Virus record (IMG/VR): IMGVR_UViG_3300025853_000004
Coordinates: 1 to 59,977 of that record
Reading direction: 5' to 3' (one strand)
DNA length: 59,977 bases
Origin: a virus
Taxonomy: Duplodnaviria; Caudoviricetes
The notes beneath the pieces were generated by a model. That model saw nothing but the letters and a program-made list of their open reading frames with translations. It had not been told where the DNA came from and did not search any database. Both the position numbers and the translations under genes were made by a program. Positions 26,843 to 36,665 of this stretch are shown one piece after another; within the stretch, counting starts at the first letter, position 1, and the number at the start of each line of letters is the position of its first letter.

Positions 26843-28846
26843 TTACTCTTCTTCTTTAAACAAACGTTGGAAACCACCGGCACCTGCCTTCGGAGCATTT
26901 TTTATGTCATACGCTTTTTGGAAAACTTGGTAGCCCTGTCTGATTTGATACAGTTTATCTATTTTTTCTTGAACTTCCGAATACCGTTTGCTGTCCGCGG
27001 GATAGTCTTGAGAACTGATTTCTAACAAATTGATAGAATCGTCTGCGATAGCAATCAGTTGTCTTATCTTTGATGCCGCGGCATCATCTCCAACGAAGAA
27101 ACTTGCCGGATTTGCAGTGAGCTTTTTAAGTAACTCTAACTGCGCTACGCTATCTCTCAACTCAGCGGCATCCTGTAGGAGTTGAATATATCGTGTGTTA
27201 AGTGCTGTTGCGGCAGTGATCGCGTCTTTTTCAGGCGTGAAGGGTGCTCCGATTGCACCAAAACTTATACCTTCAACAAGGTTGTTTACGAGATTTTTAG
27301 CCAAGGCGTCTGAACCAAAGGCCGCGGCCGGATCTTTAAGACCCTTCGTAATTGAACTGGTCATCTCATTTCGGCGTTTTTGCCGTTGACTGGCAATAGA
27401 TCCCGGATCTGAAGGCGTTAATAAGTCATCCACTTTAACGTTTGGCACAGAAAGATCGCCATCACGACGCTTTCTAATCGCTCCGATCAATTCGTTAGAC
27501 AACGGATTTCCGGGGGAGAGCTTATAAACCTTGTTTTGTTCGTCCCAAACCTGCTTAGGATTGTTGTAATAAGCAATCGACTGGTTTAACTCTAACGTCT
27601 CTTCTGGGCCTAAAGTACCGTCGGCATAAGCTTTGATAGTTGCTGGATCTGAAATAAGAGTCGTGATCCGTGCTTCGATACTACCGCCAAGACGTCCAAG
27701 TCTTGCGGCCGCCGCGTCTATTTCTAGCTTCCGGATCTTATATGCTTGATCAAACGCTTGGTTTTGAATCTCAAGTTCTTGCGCTTGTCTTTCAAGCCGT
27801 AGCTTTTCCTCACCTTGTGAGGCGTTAGCTAACGTTCTTAATTCTTCAAGTTGAAGTCCTCGGTCTTTACGCTCAAGCTCAAGGCTTTGCATTTCGCGTT
27901 TCAAGGTTTGTTCTGAATTTAGAAGCTCTTGCGCCTGCTCATGCTTTAGTTCAATTTGCTCAATGTCGTAGCCGTTAGCCACGCCCATGCGATTCAGTTC
28001 AAGATCGGCTTTGATCTGAATGTTTTCTTTTTCTAATTGATCGGCAAGAACAAGGCTCGCTTCACTACCGTCTTGTCTTAATCTTTCGATGGATGTTCGG
28101 TTTGTTTGCTGAACATTTTCTAAAGCGACGCGGTTAACTTGACGACGATCTTCTAAACCTAAATCGTCAATGCTTTTAACATCTTGTAGTTCTATCCGCC
28201 CTGTTTGTTTCAATTTCTCCAATGCTTGATTAGAGGCAGATCCTAGCCGATCTTCAAGTTTGATCTTTGCAAAGTCCTGACTGCCTTTTAATTTTTGTAA
28301 CTTAATGTCTTCTTGTGCTTTTGCTTCAGCCGTAAATTGCGCTTCGGCAGACTGCAATGCCGCAAGTTGTGCTTTCTTAGTTTCACCTTCAACAGCTTGC
28401 TTAGATTCAAGTTGTTTTTGTGCGCGAGCAGAAATCGTTGGGAATAATTGCGTTTGCTGTGACGCTTCCGCCAAGCGTTCCGCAGGAGACATACCCGGCC
28501 GTGACCCGGCTGTACTAAACGCAAGCGCGGTGTTTGCAATGTCAAACAGCATTTGTGCCTGCGTTAAATCTTTCTGCTCTTTTAAACGGCTGGCCTGATC
28601 GGTTCCCATGATTCTTTCGTACAAAGGAACTTTTTGCTCATAAATTTGAGTCAACCGGTCAGGCTGTGGAGCGGGAGGAGCAACCACCGGCTCTTGAATA
28701 GAGCGTTGAGCCTTTGCCGTACCACGAAGAGAAGCCCCTAGCGACTCCGCAGGAGTAAGACCTATTGGTCTTCCTATTACTTGTTCGATAGGCTCGTTAT
28801 AAAAAGGTAAAGATCCAATACCGAAACGATCTACGGGCTGAGACAT
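26843..28846 (-). CDS. Coiled-coil internal virion (ejection) protein
   Basis: 667 aa, Q/E/L-rich heptads; position in the ejection module. Confidence 0.65.
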   Translation of the reverse strand: MSQPVDRFGIGSLPFYNEPIEQVIGRPIGLTPAESLGASLRGTAKAQRSIQEPVVAPPAPQPDRLTQIYEQKVPLYERIMGTDQASRLKEQKDLTQAQMLFDIANTALAFSTAGSRPGMSPAERLAEASQQTQLFPTISARAQKQLESKQAVEGETKKAQLAALQSAEAQFTAEAKAQEDIKLQKLKGSQDFAKIKLEDRLGSASNQALEKLKQTGRIELQDVKSIDDLGLEDRRQVNRVALENVQQTNRTSIERLRQDGSEASLVLADQLEKENIQIKADLELNRMGVANGYDIEQIELKHEQAQELLNSEQTLKREMQSLELERKDRGLQLEELRTLANASQGEEKLRLERQAQELEIQNQAFDQAYKIRKLEIDAAAARLGRLGGSIEARITTLISDPATIKAYADGTLGPEETLELNQSIAYYNNPKQVWDEQNKVYKLSPGNPLSNELIGAIRKRRDGDLSVPNVKVDDLLTPSDPGSIASQRQKRRNEMTSSITKGLKDPAAAFGSDALAKNLVNNLVEGISFGAIGAPFTPEKDAITAATALNTRYIQLLQDAAELRDSVAQLELLKKLTANPASFFVGDDAAASKIRQLIAIADDSINLLEISSQDYPADSKRYSEVQEKIDKLYQIRQGYQVFQKAYDIKNAPKAGAGGFQRLFKEEE

Positions 28847-28847
28847 G

Positions 28848-29531
28848 TTAGCCTCCCATCATTGACATAATCCCGCCGGCCATGTTGCCTTCTACGGGTT
28901 GTTGCATCTCTTGTTCTGCGAGTCCACCAATACCTTCGTCAACCAAGGACATTTGTACAACAGGCTGTACTAAGGCAAGAACAGATTCGGGAGTTTGCAT
29001 AGCGTCTTCTTCCCCGACTAAAGAAGCAAGCTCCATCCGACGTTGTTCGACAGACGCTTCATCGCCGCGAACAGAATTCATCATCGTTTCAAAATCTTCG
29101 GCTTCTTCTGGATTACCGATTTCTGGAGCAACTTCGCCCAACATTTGTTCAATTGTTGCAGGATCAACTTCGCCTACGCCCATACTCGCCATGTCCATTG
29201 CAGGTTCCGCGGGCATTGCTTCTTGAGGCATCATTGACGCAACACCTTGATCGACAGGTGCAGGCTGTGCCATTGCCGCCATCATCGGATCACCGCCCAT
29301 TTGCATACCGACAGGTGCTTGTTGAGGAGTATCCATAACAAACCCTGCGGAAACAAGCTGATCCATCATTTGAACATCTGCTTCGTTGGCCATGTCCAAC
29401 GTGACGCGCTCGCCGCTTTGTGGGTTAACCAAGGTCGCCATCTGGCCTGTAGGCGCACCGCCTCGTTCCATCATCTTGACGGGGCCGCCGTACCTAAACA
29501 TTTGCCGTTGCATTACGCTTCTGTTCATCAT
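28848..29531 (-). CDS. Met/acid-rich internal virion protein
   Basis: Three GG motifs; MMNSVRGD...RRMELASLVG...TPESVLALVQP. Confidence 0.65.
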   Translation of the reverse strand: MMNRSVMQRQMFRYGGPVKMMERGGAPTGQMATLVNPQSGERVTLDMANEADVQMMDQLVSAGFVMDTPQQAPVGMQMGGDPMMAAMAQPAPVDQGVASMMPQEAMPAEPAMDMASMGVGEVDPATIEQMLGEVAPEIGNPEEAEDFETMMNSVRGDEASVEQRRMELASLVGEEDAMQTPESVLALVQPVVQMSLVDEGIGGLAEQEMQQPVEGNMAGGIMSMMGG

Positions 29532-30385
29532 CCGAATAGTCCTGCTTTACTTGCGCCTGCCGCGGCGGAAAGCCCTGCAATACCTAGCCCGAGGTATTGT
29601 TGAGCCGGTGAAACACTTGGTGCTGTTGCGGACGCAATAGATTGTTGCGTCGATGGTGCACCTTTATAAATATCTGATAAATATGAGAATCTTTGGTATG
29701 GCTCATACAACTGTGCAAGGTCGCTTTGACGCTGTGCTTCCAGTTCTGCCTGCTGTTGTGCTTGTTGACGCTGACCAATATCGAATAAGAATTGAGATTC
29801 TTGCTGACCCATTTTTTGGCCAAGCTCGCCAAGGCTTGCCTGACGTAAGCCTAATGTGCCCAATAGTTCGCCTTGTTGCTGAACTCGGGCTAATTCATTT
29901 GCGGCCGCTTGTTGTGCCTGCATAAAGTTTTGCGCTTGTGATTGAGCAAGAGCCGCGGCACGATTGCGGTCAATCTCGTTTTGCGCTACCTGCGCTCGGG
30001 ATCCGCCAAAAGCTCCTGCCCCTACGGCCTGCCCTGCCGCTTGGTTTTGTTGAATATCAAAAGACCGGTTGATTTCAGCTTGAACTGCATCCTGAAAAGG
30101 ATTCATGTAGCGTTCAATCATTTCACCCGTTACTTGTTGAGGGCCAGCTAACGACTGATAAGCATCGCCCATCGTATAGCCGCCTTCTGTTAAGTACGGC
30201 ATAAAGGACCCAATGCCCGCTGATGCGAGGTCCGCGGCGCGTTGCTGAAGGGCTGATTGTTCAGCAATTTGCTGAACGGGAAGCGTAATCGGCCTATCCG
30301 CAAGATCTTTTGCGGATTTTAGAAGCCCTAGTTTATAGGCTTCAATCTCGGGGGCTTCGCGAACAATTTCAGTAGTAGTTGCCAT
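29528..30385 (-). CDS. DNA pilot / ejection protein
   Basis: Q/A-rich; YMNPF...AVGAGAFGGSR; hydrophobic Gly/Ala C-terminus. Confidence 0.7.
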   Translation of the reverse strand: MATTTEIVREAPEIEAYKLGLLKSAKDLADRPITLPVQQIAEQSALQQRAADLASAGIGSFMPYLTEGGYTMGDAYQSLAGPQQVTGEMIERYMNPFQDAVQAEINRSFDIQQNQAAGQAVGAGAFGGSRAQVAQNEIDRNRAAALAQSQAQNFMQAQQAAANELARVQQQGELLGTLGLRQASLGELGQKMGQQESQFLFDIGQRQQAQQQAELEAQRQSDLAQLYEPYQRFSYLSDIYKGAPSTQQSIASATAPSVSPAQQYLGLGIAGLSAAAGASKAGLFG

Positions 30386-32181
30386 TACGCCACCTGTCCT
30401 CGTGTTTCAAGGTTACGCATCATCGAATACATGTTGTTGATGCCTTGATTTAAGTTCCCGCCACCTAGACCGCGAACCGCGTCCTTGGTCATGACAAACT
30501 CACCCGGCATCAGCAATGCTCGAACGCTGTCTTGGTCTGGGATGCCTTCGTTTGGCATGATGCCGCCATTACGACGTGGATACACTTCGCCGCCTGCCGC
30601 CGCCCGCATTTGCGGAGCTTGGTAACGCATAAACGGGTTACTAAAGAGCGTTTGTTGTGGGGTCAAGCCATACTGACTTCCAACAACATACTGACCTTGC
30701 GAGTACCGTGGGTCGCGGCCCGCGAGCATAAATTGCTCTGGGTTTTGTGCGACAAGATCAACCCCGGTTTGTTGGAACTCTTCGGCTAATTCGTTTGTTT
30801 CTTCTTCTGGCGTTTCAAAGAATCCACCGGCTGTCGCGCCTAAAGTGGCTAGACCTGCGATTGGGGCATAACGGGAGATCATACTTGGAGTCGCTTTTGC
30901 AATATTTTCTTGAGCTATTTTATAAGCAACATCATCCGTATAATTTAACCCTTTTAATCGAGCCACTTCCGCTTCAAGTCCGGGAACTGTGTCGGGAACA
31001 CGCGGATCAAAAAAGTCTAATGCCTTTTGACCATACCCTTTAGCCGTGTCAAGGAGACTTGTTTCTGCTCCAGTGCTACCCGCAGTGCTACCCGCCTGTT
31101 CTGCAAAGCTGGCTACACGATCCGGAGTTGGTCCGCCTGTTCCACCGAAGCGGTAGTCGTAACCTACCCCATCCGTGCTAGCACTCCTAGCTCCCTTGAA
31201 GCCCGTGTAATTTCGTCCGGTTGGATCAAAGTTGCCAGAAGCGTCTTGAAAATAAGGGTCGTTCATCATTGCAACGTCTGGATCTAAAGACGGAGCTTTA
31301 CCTCGAATATCAACCGCTTGTGTATATTCTTCCATTGGCGTAGTTCCCGCAAGCTCTTGAGCTTCGCTCACGCCTGCATCAGCACGGCCCGCGGCAATAT
31401 CATCAGCAATTTGATCGCCCGTTGGAGCGAAGCTTCTGAACGGATCTCCAGCACCTAGCGCCTTTCCTGTCTGACTCAAACGGCCCATTGGGTTTGCCGC
31501 CGCTTCTTTAATGCCCTCAGTAAATGTACCGCCGCCAAGCTTGGAAGAAACACCGGAGAACACGGCGCCAGAAACTCCAGAAATCAAAGCTGATTTCAAA
31601 GCGTCTTTAATATTACCGCCTTGAATCAAGGTACCAATACCTGATCCGAGGGCCGCGCCATAAATTGCACCAAGCGGGGTCATCGCTAACGCGATTGGAA
31701 GAACAACCGGGGCAACTTTTTTCAGTACCTTACCGACTTTGCTTACCGCTTTGCTAACGCCTTTAGCAACGTTAGAAACAGTTTTTCTAACGCCGCGGAA
31801 AATTTTCTTCAAAAAGAATTCGGGCATACCCGTGTCTGGGTTAATGGAGTTTGCACTCGATCCAACCACATACCGATCAGGATCTTCAATCCCCATATCG
31901 CGCAGGTGGCTGAAAATAGATTCTTTAAGTTCAGGGCTTTGTTCTAATAAGGCCCGTGGTACGAGAAGCTCGCCTGTTTCAGCGTGAACGACTTGATCAT
32001 CGCCATAACGGCCATAAGATGCCATGCGTTTTGCAATTGGTTCAAAACGCGCAATCCCCGAATCACCAAACTCTTCACGGGCTTCTTCTGCTTCGAGAGC
32101 CGCGATCTCTGCATCAGACATTACAAAGTCTGCGATGCCGCCTGCTGGGATCAGTTCTTCTTGAAGTTGTGCCTGTGCCAT
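30385..32181 (-). CDS. Internal virion protein with amphipathic and hydrophobic membrane-interacting segment
   Basis: GDDQVVH..GE, INPDTGMPEF, Lys-rich helix, hydrophobic stretch, C-terminal DSVRALLMPGEFVM. Confidence 0.7.
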   Translation of the reverse strand: MAQAQLQEELIPAGGIADFVMSDAEIAALEAEEAREEFGDSGIARFEPIAKRMASYGRYGDDQVVHAETGELLVPRALLEQSPELKESIFSHLRDMGIEDPDRYVVGSSANSINPDTGMPEFFLKKIFRGVRKTVSNVAKGVSKAVSKVGKVLKKVAPVVLPIALAMTPLGAIYGAALGSGIGTLIQGGNIKDALKSALISGVSGAVFSGVSSKLGGGTFTEGIKEAAANPMGRLSQTGKALGAGDPFRSFAPTGDQIADDIAAGRADAGVSEAQELAGTTPMEEYTQAVDIRGKAPSLDPDVAMMNDPYFQDASGNFDPTGRNYTGFKGARSASTDGVGYDYRFGGTGGPTPDRVASFAEQAGSTAGSTGAETSLLDTAKGYGQKALDFFDPRVPDTVPGLEAEVARLKGLNYTDDVAYKIAQENIAKATPSMISRYAPIAGLATLGATAGGFFETPEEETNELAEEFQQTGVDLVAQNPEQFMLAGRDPRYSQGQYVVGSQYGLTPQQTLFSNPFMRYQAPQMRAAAGGEVYPRRNGGIMPNEGIPDQDSVRALLMPGEFVMTKDAVRGLGGGNLNQGINNMYSMMRNLETRGQVA

Positions 32182-32414
32182 TAGCCTGCTCCGCCGCCCA
32201 GTTGTTCAGGTACTGTTACCTGTATGATTGTACTGCGTTTCTCGGACCCCGTCCAAGGGTTGCCGCAATCCGGGCAGTTCCCCGAAGGGTAAGACAAAAT
32301 TTCTTCTGGGGTATCAACTTCGTTATCGCAAGAAACGCAACTAACAATGTCTCTGCTAGTTGAAGGTTTCCAACGCGTGCCGTCAGCCATTATCAATACG
32401 TTATCATCGCTCAT
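32181..32414 (-). CDS. Small Zn-ribbon protein
   Basis: CVSC...CPDC. Confidence 0.75.
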   Translation of the reverse strand: MSDDNVLIMADGTRWKPSTSRDIVSCVSCDNEVDTPEEILSYPSGNCPDCGNPWTGSEKRSTIIQVTVPEQLGGGAG

Positions 32415-32641
32415 GTTTTATCCTCTGCTCGAACGACTTTTACAAAGCCGTTGTCTTCATATAAATCGCCAACTTCTAAACTGGCAATTGCGTTTACATT
32501 TGGCAAACTGTTAATTCCTGTTAACGGATTGCGGACTTCGTTAATTAAGTTTTCCAAAGACCGTGCTAACTGATGCACATAAACGGGGTCGTATTGCGCC
32601 GGTGCCGCAGGGAGTAATGGACGTATTGTTTTGATACTCAC
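32411..32641 (-). CDS. Small structural protein
   Basis: LPAAP..YD...L...LE; LEVGDLY..NGFVKVV; 4-bp overlap with the nozzle gene. Confidence 0.65.
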   Translation of the reverse strand: MSIKTIRPLLPAAPAQYDPVYVHQLARSLENLINEVRNPLTGINSLPNVNAIASLEVGDLYEDNGFVKVVRAEDKT

Positions 32642-34191
32642 CGTCTACCATCCGCTCTTGCGTCGAGTCGTGGCGCCCCTAACCGCCACTGCACACCGCT
32701 CGTGTCTGATTCAACTTTTAAGGCGAGTTGACGACCACGGGCTCGCATATATAGTTGATTAGTATAATCGTGTGTCCCACCAACTAATGTTTGACGAACA
32801 ACCGTCCCAGACGCTTCATCATCTATTACGGCTCCGCTAAAGTTTTTTGCAGTGACGGTGAAATCTACTTCAGGGTTGTCCGCAGTAGATCCTCGGAAGG
32901 ACAGATCCGGGAGCAGTCGTCTTATTAACATAAACTGGTCACCGTCACCAATGTCAAAATCAGACGACGTGATAAATGCTTCTAACGGAGAACCGTCCGC
33001 TTCTAATCCGCGCTCATGATCATATATATAGCCATCTGGTCCCGTGGCTTGCGGATAAGAACGTTGCCCCGATGCGCGGTCATTCCAGCAAGTCCGAGCT
33101 AATGTCCCGTAATACCACAGGTTTTCTGCATAATTATAAACCACATAACGGTCATTTTCTTCCGATCCGGCTGACGGATAAAACCACCAGACCTCGTTTG
33201 CTGAACCAAGAGATCCCGCAAAAATCTTGAAAGATTGCTGTGTATTGATGTCTGAAAAAACATAGTCACGAACAGAACAAGGGATTGGCTGAATTCGACC
33301 ATCAAACATGTAAAAGTTGCTTTGACCCATCCAGTACACGGTGTCATTAACGCTAAGAGCGGCGTTAGGACCTGCGATTCGGATGTTGTCACCAAGTAGT
33401 GCGGTACCGAAGGTAAACGGAGGCCCGATAAACTGTAGCGAGTGTAGGCTGGAGTCTGTCCACACCAAGATTTGTCGTGAAGTACGGACAGCGGTAATAA
33501 TCTCTGAACCCTGAGATAGCCGTAAATCACCGGCCGTGTTGGTTGCTGTTGGATTCCAATCAGCCGGATTCTCTTGGTCAGAGAAACGAATCAGTAACGG
33601 GTCTTGTACTGTCGATCCAATCGGGTTGGCGCCAAATGCAATGACATGCCGGTCAGCTTCTGAAACAAGGGTTTTACGCGCAACGACTGGAACTTCGTTT
33701 GCTCCAGATAAAGAAATAAGAGGTATTGCGCGAGTGTTTACACCACTTGTTGCGTCCCAATAATAAATCTGATTATCAGCGTTAACCATAATAAGGTCTT
33801 CACCGAAATTGTCCGCAAACCATATACGCAATGTTTCACCCGCCAGTGACGGCACGGCAGAACCCCAAGTAAATCGACCCCATGTTCCCGCTCCCCAGCC
33901 CGGTCCAAGAATTGTGGTTGCCAAACCCGTGCTTAATAAATAAAAAGCAGAGGCTTGCCCTTGTTCCGAAAAATCGCCATCGGCCGGATTAGCCAGTTCT
34001 AAGGTATAAGTGTCTGTGGTCACAGACGTAATAACGTGCGGAACACTTGAGTTTTCAATATCGGTGTTTAACTGAGAAGTCAGGCCGGAAACGCTTTCAA
34101 ACTCGACAAAATCTCCGGTAGAAGATCCGTGCGACGGGTCGTGGACCGTGAGCGTTGCATCACCGTTTGTTGCTGAAAAACTAATTGCCAT
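32638..34191 (-). CDS. Tail nozzle / head-stabilisation protein, main part
   Basis: Beta-propeller-like; GWG.G.WG, DNFGEDL, IRFSDQE, W.PTATNTAG, RARGRQ, WRLG.PRLD...DGRR. Confidence 0.8.
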   Translation of the reverse strand: MAISFSATNGDATLTVHDPSHGSSTGDFVEFESVSGLTSQLNTDIENSSVPHVITSVTTDTYTLELANPADGDFSEQGQASAFYLLSTGLATTILGPGWGAGTWGRFTWGSAVPSLAGETLRIWFADNFGEDLIMVNADNQIYYWDATSGVNTRAIPLISLSGANEVPVVARKTLVSEADRHVIAFGANPIGSTVQDPLLIRFSDQENPADWNPTATNTAGDLRLSQGSEIITAVRTSRQILVWTDSSLHSLQFIGPPFTFGTALLGDNIRIAGPNAALSVNDTVYWMGQSNFYMFDGRIQPIPCSVRDYVFSDINTQQSFKIFAGSLGSANEVWWFYPSAGSEENDRYVVYNYAENLWYYGTLARTCWNDRASGQRSYPQATGPDGYIYDHERGLEADGSPLEAFITSSDFDIGDGDQFMLIRRLLPDLSFRGSTADNPEVDFTVTAKNFSGAVIDDEASGTVVRQTLVGGTHDYTNQLYMRARGRQLALKVESDTSGVQWRLGAPRLDARADGRR

Positions 34192-34192
34192 A

Positions 34193-34819
34193 TCAACTCA
34201 CCGAAACCGTAACTGTACCAACCGAAGATACGATAGGTTGAGTGTACTCTGTAATGTGAATAGAGTCTTCTGCGCTGTAGCTTCGGACATCGACTGTTAC
34301 ATTGCGATTATCATAATCCAGCCAAGTCACTGTGCCGACTTCGCCGGTCATTTGAACAGCCGTTTCAGTAAATGTTTGCGTGGTAACTGCTTCAAGAATA
34401 CCTAGCTCTGCGGTTGCAGATACGCCTGTTACTTCAAGCACGCCGTCTTCAAACGGTAGACCAAGTTGCACGGTCACCGTGCCGACGAATCCACCAGCAT
34501 CGACACCTGTTACTCCAAAAGGTAACCAAACGGTCCTTCGGTACGGGGTGATGTCGTACAGGGTCCCCGATTCTTCGAGATATGCTTTTTTCTCGGTGCC
34601 GACAAATAAAAAGTCCTGCGAAGCAAGTGTCGTGAAGTCATGAATACCACGGGGAGTACCGTCAAGCGCACTCTGGTTGACCTTTTCCCAACCGCCTAGC
34701 TTTTCGACGTAGCCGTAGCGAAAACGGATTTTATCGCCATCGTGCCAGCCGCCTTCGTTCGAGTAGTTAGTCCCTTCTCGATTGATTCCGGGTTTAAAGA
34801 CGAGCTTGCTTAGGGGCAT
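34193..34819 (-). CDS. Tail nozzle protein N-terminal fragment fused to VTGVSAT-type repeats
   Basis: MPL.KL.FKPGINRE.T.Y..EGGW.DGDKIRFR.G..EK.GGW...YDITP; stop lies 1 nt before the next ATG. Confidence 0.7.
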   Translation of the reverse strand: MPLSKLVFKPGINREGTNYSNEGGWHDGDKIRFRYGYVEKLGGWEKVNQSALDGTPRGIHDFTTLASQDFLFVGTEKKAYLEESGTLYDITPYRRTVWLPFGVTGVDAGGFVGTVTVQLGLPFEDGVLEVTGVSATAELGILEAVTTQTFTETAVQMTGEVGTVTWLDYDNRNVTVDVRSYSAEDSIHITEYTQPIVSSVGTVTVSVS

Positions 34820-34834
34820 GAAGATTCCTTTAAG

Positions 34835-35869
34835 TTAAGCTATGTATGTACCGGAGTCTTTGTAGATCAAAATTGTATCCGCCCCGTCCGTGACTACTGT
34901 CGGAGATCCTGTAACTGCGCCTGAGTAGTTTGCTGTGAGCATTCTTAAAATAACTACACCTGAACCACCCGCAGATGCGGCTGGACCATCGTAAGCGGCT
35001 CCGCCGCCACCGCCAGTGTTAGGAGAACCCGCAGTCGATGCCGTACCTCCGGATACTGTACTTGCATTACCGCCACCGCCTAAGCCTCCGGGGCCAACAC
35101 TACCGTTAGAAGCACCACCGCCGCCTCCGGCGTAGTAAACATCAGATCCTGAGACTTCTCCTACGGATTGTGCTGTTGCAATAGTAGACGAGATAATTGT
35201 GGAGATAGCTCCAATGCCGCCAGTAGAACCTGCCGTACCTGCCGGGTTTCCTCCGCCTACTGCTCCGGCACCACCGCCTGCACCGCCACCGTTAGTACCA
35301 GATGTAGCATTGCCGCCATTATTACCTTGTCCCGCAGTACCTGATCCTCCAAGACCTGCGCTATAACCGCCGCCTCCACCAGATCCACCACTTTTACCGG
35401 TTCTTGCGGCACCACCCGCACCACCGCCTCCGCCTCCTACAGCGGTATAGATTGAAAAAACACTGTCTTCACCGTTAGTGCCATCACCGGCGGCTGTATT
35501 GGTATCGGCAGTTCCTTGCGCCCCGCCGCCTCCAACAGTAATAACGTATGTAGTGCCTTGGGATAATGACTCATCAGTAAGTGAGCGCATTCCGCCTGCA
35601 CCACCGCCTCCGCCACCACCGCTTCCTGATCCTGCACCACCCCCGCCTCCTGCGACAAGCAACGCATCAACAGTATAAGTAACTGCTTGCGTACCTACTG
35701 TGACCCACTCAGTACCGTTATAGGTTTCTACAACATTTTCGGTAGTGTTTTGACGTATCATTCCCTCAACAGGCGAACTTGGACGTTGAGCAGTCGTGCC
35801 CGCAGGCAAATAAACCGCGTCGGTTTTTGAATCAGGGCTAATGCTTGACAGGCCGCGAGCTTTGGTCAT
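34835..35869 (-). CDS. Glycine-rich tail fibre / adhesin
   Basis: LPAGTTAQRP head, LLVAGGGGG, GGSGVVI; polyglycine repeats. Confidence 0.8.
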   Translation of the reverse strand: MTKARGLSSISPDSKTDAVYLPAGTTAQRPSSPVEGMIRQNTTENVVETYNGTEWVTVGTQAVTYTVDALLVAGGGGGAGSGSGGGGGGGAGGMRSLTDESLSQGTTYVITVGGGGAQGTADTNTAAGDGTNGEDSVFSIYTAVGGGGGGAGGAARTGKSGGSGGGGGYSAGLGGSGTAGQGNNGGNATSGTNGGGAGGGAGAVGGGNPAGTAGSTGGIGAISTIISSTIATAQSVGEVSGSDVYYAGGGGGASNGSVGPGGLGGGGNASTVSGGTASTAGSPNTGGGGGAAYDGPAASAGGSGVVILRMLTANYSGAVTGSPTVVTDGADTILIYKDSGTYIA

Positions 35870-35872
35870 GGA

Positions 35873-36271
35873 TTATTCCTCGGTGATTTGAACCCAGTTG
35901 GTTGTGTCTTCGTCCCACTCGTACAGATTGCCGTCATCAGGGTGTGCAACAGGTGCTTCCCAGAGACATGATGTTTCGTTCAGAGTCCACGAAGCGTAAG
36001 GCTGTGGTGGAATAAATGCGTTGCGTGTTGAGTCATAAGTATAACCCTTACCAGCGTAGTTCTTACGCTCACGGCCCTCGTCCCCTGTAATGACAGATTG
36101 ATCCGCCGCAGGTTGGTTAGTTGCGGGATCGTAGTAAACACCGCCGCGCATATTGTAGCTGGTCTTTAGCCAACGACCGGGTGAGTCATCAACAAATGTG
36201 TCGAAGAATTCTGGTTCGGCAACAATGACCCTAGTCACGATGCCGTCTTGTACTTTTGCAAAATGTGCCAT
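35873..36271 (-). CDS. Tail-fibre-associated protein, paralogue B
   Basis: MAHFAK...TSYN...RKNYAG.GYTYD..R.AFIPPQPY.SW.LNE..C.WEAP. Confidence 0.8.
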   Translation of the reverse strand: MAHFAKVQDGIVTRVIVAEPEFFDTFVDDSPGRWLKTSYNMRGGVYYDPATNQPAADQSVITGDEGRERKNYAGKGYTYDSTRNAFIPPQPYASWTLNETSCLWEAPVAHPDDGNLYEWDEDTTNWVQITEE

Positions 36272-36283
36272 TGCTTGTCTCCT

Positions 36284-36655
36284 TTACTCCTCAGTGATTT
36301 CAACCCAGTTGGTTGTGTCTTCGTCCCAGCGATACATATTACCGTCATCAGGGTATGCAACAGGTGCTTCCCAGAGGCACGATGTTTCGTTCAGTGCCCA
36401 GCTTGCGTAAGGCTGTGGTGGAATGAACGCATCACGAGTAGCGTCATAAGTGTATCCGATGCCTGCGTAATTTTTACGAAATGGTGTGCCACCTGATCCG
36501 TGTATTCCGCCGTGCGTGTTGTAGCTAGTGCGCTTACAAGCCTGACCACGGAAAGCACCATAGTGCGATTCCCAATCAATCAGTCCGCCTTCCGTATTTC
36601 CGGCAATTACCTCGGTTACGACATTGTTTTCATCTAAAAAAGCATAGTGAGCCAT
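36284..36655 (-). CDS. Tail-fibre-associated protein, paralogue A
   Basis: MAHYAFLD...; C-terminal ~60 aa nearly identical to 35873-36271. Confidence 0.8.
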   Translation of the reverse strand: MAHYAFLDENNVVTEVIAGNTEGGLIDWESHYGAFRGQACKRTSYNTHGGIHGSGGTPFRKNYAGIGYTYDATRDAFIPPQPYASWALNETSCLWEAPVAYPDDGNMYRWDEDTTNWVEITEE

Positions 36656-36665
36656 TGCTGTTTTC

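Noticed and set aside
35873-36655. Duplicated segment as a diversity-generating retroelement TR/VR pair
   Set aside because: No reverse transcriptase seen, both copies are coding, and differences are not adenine-restricted.
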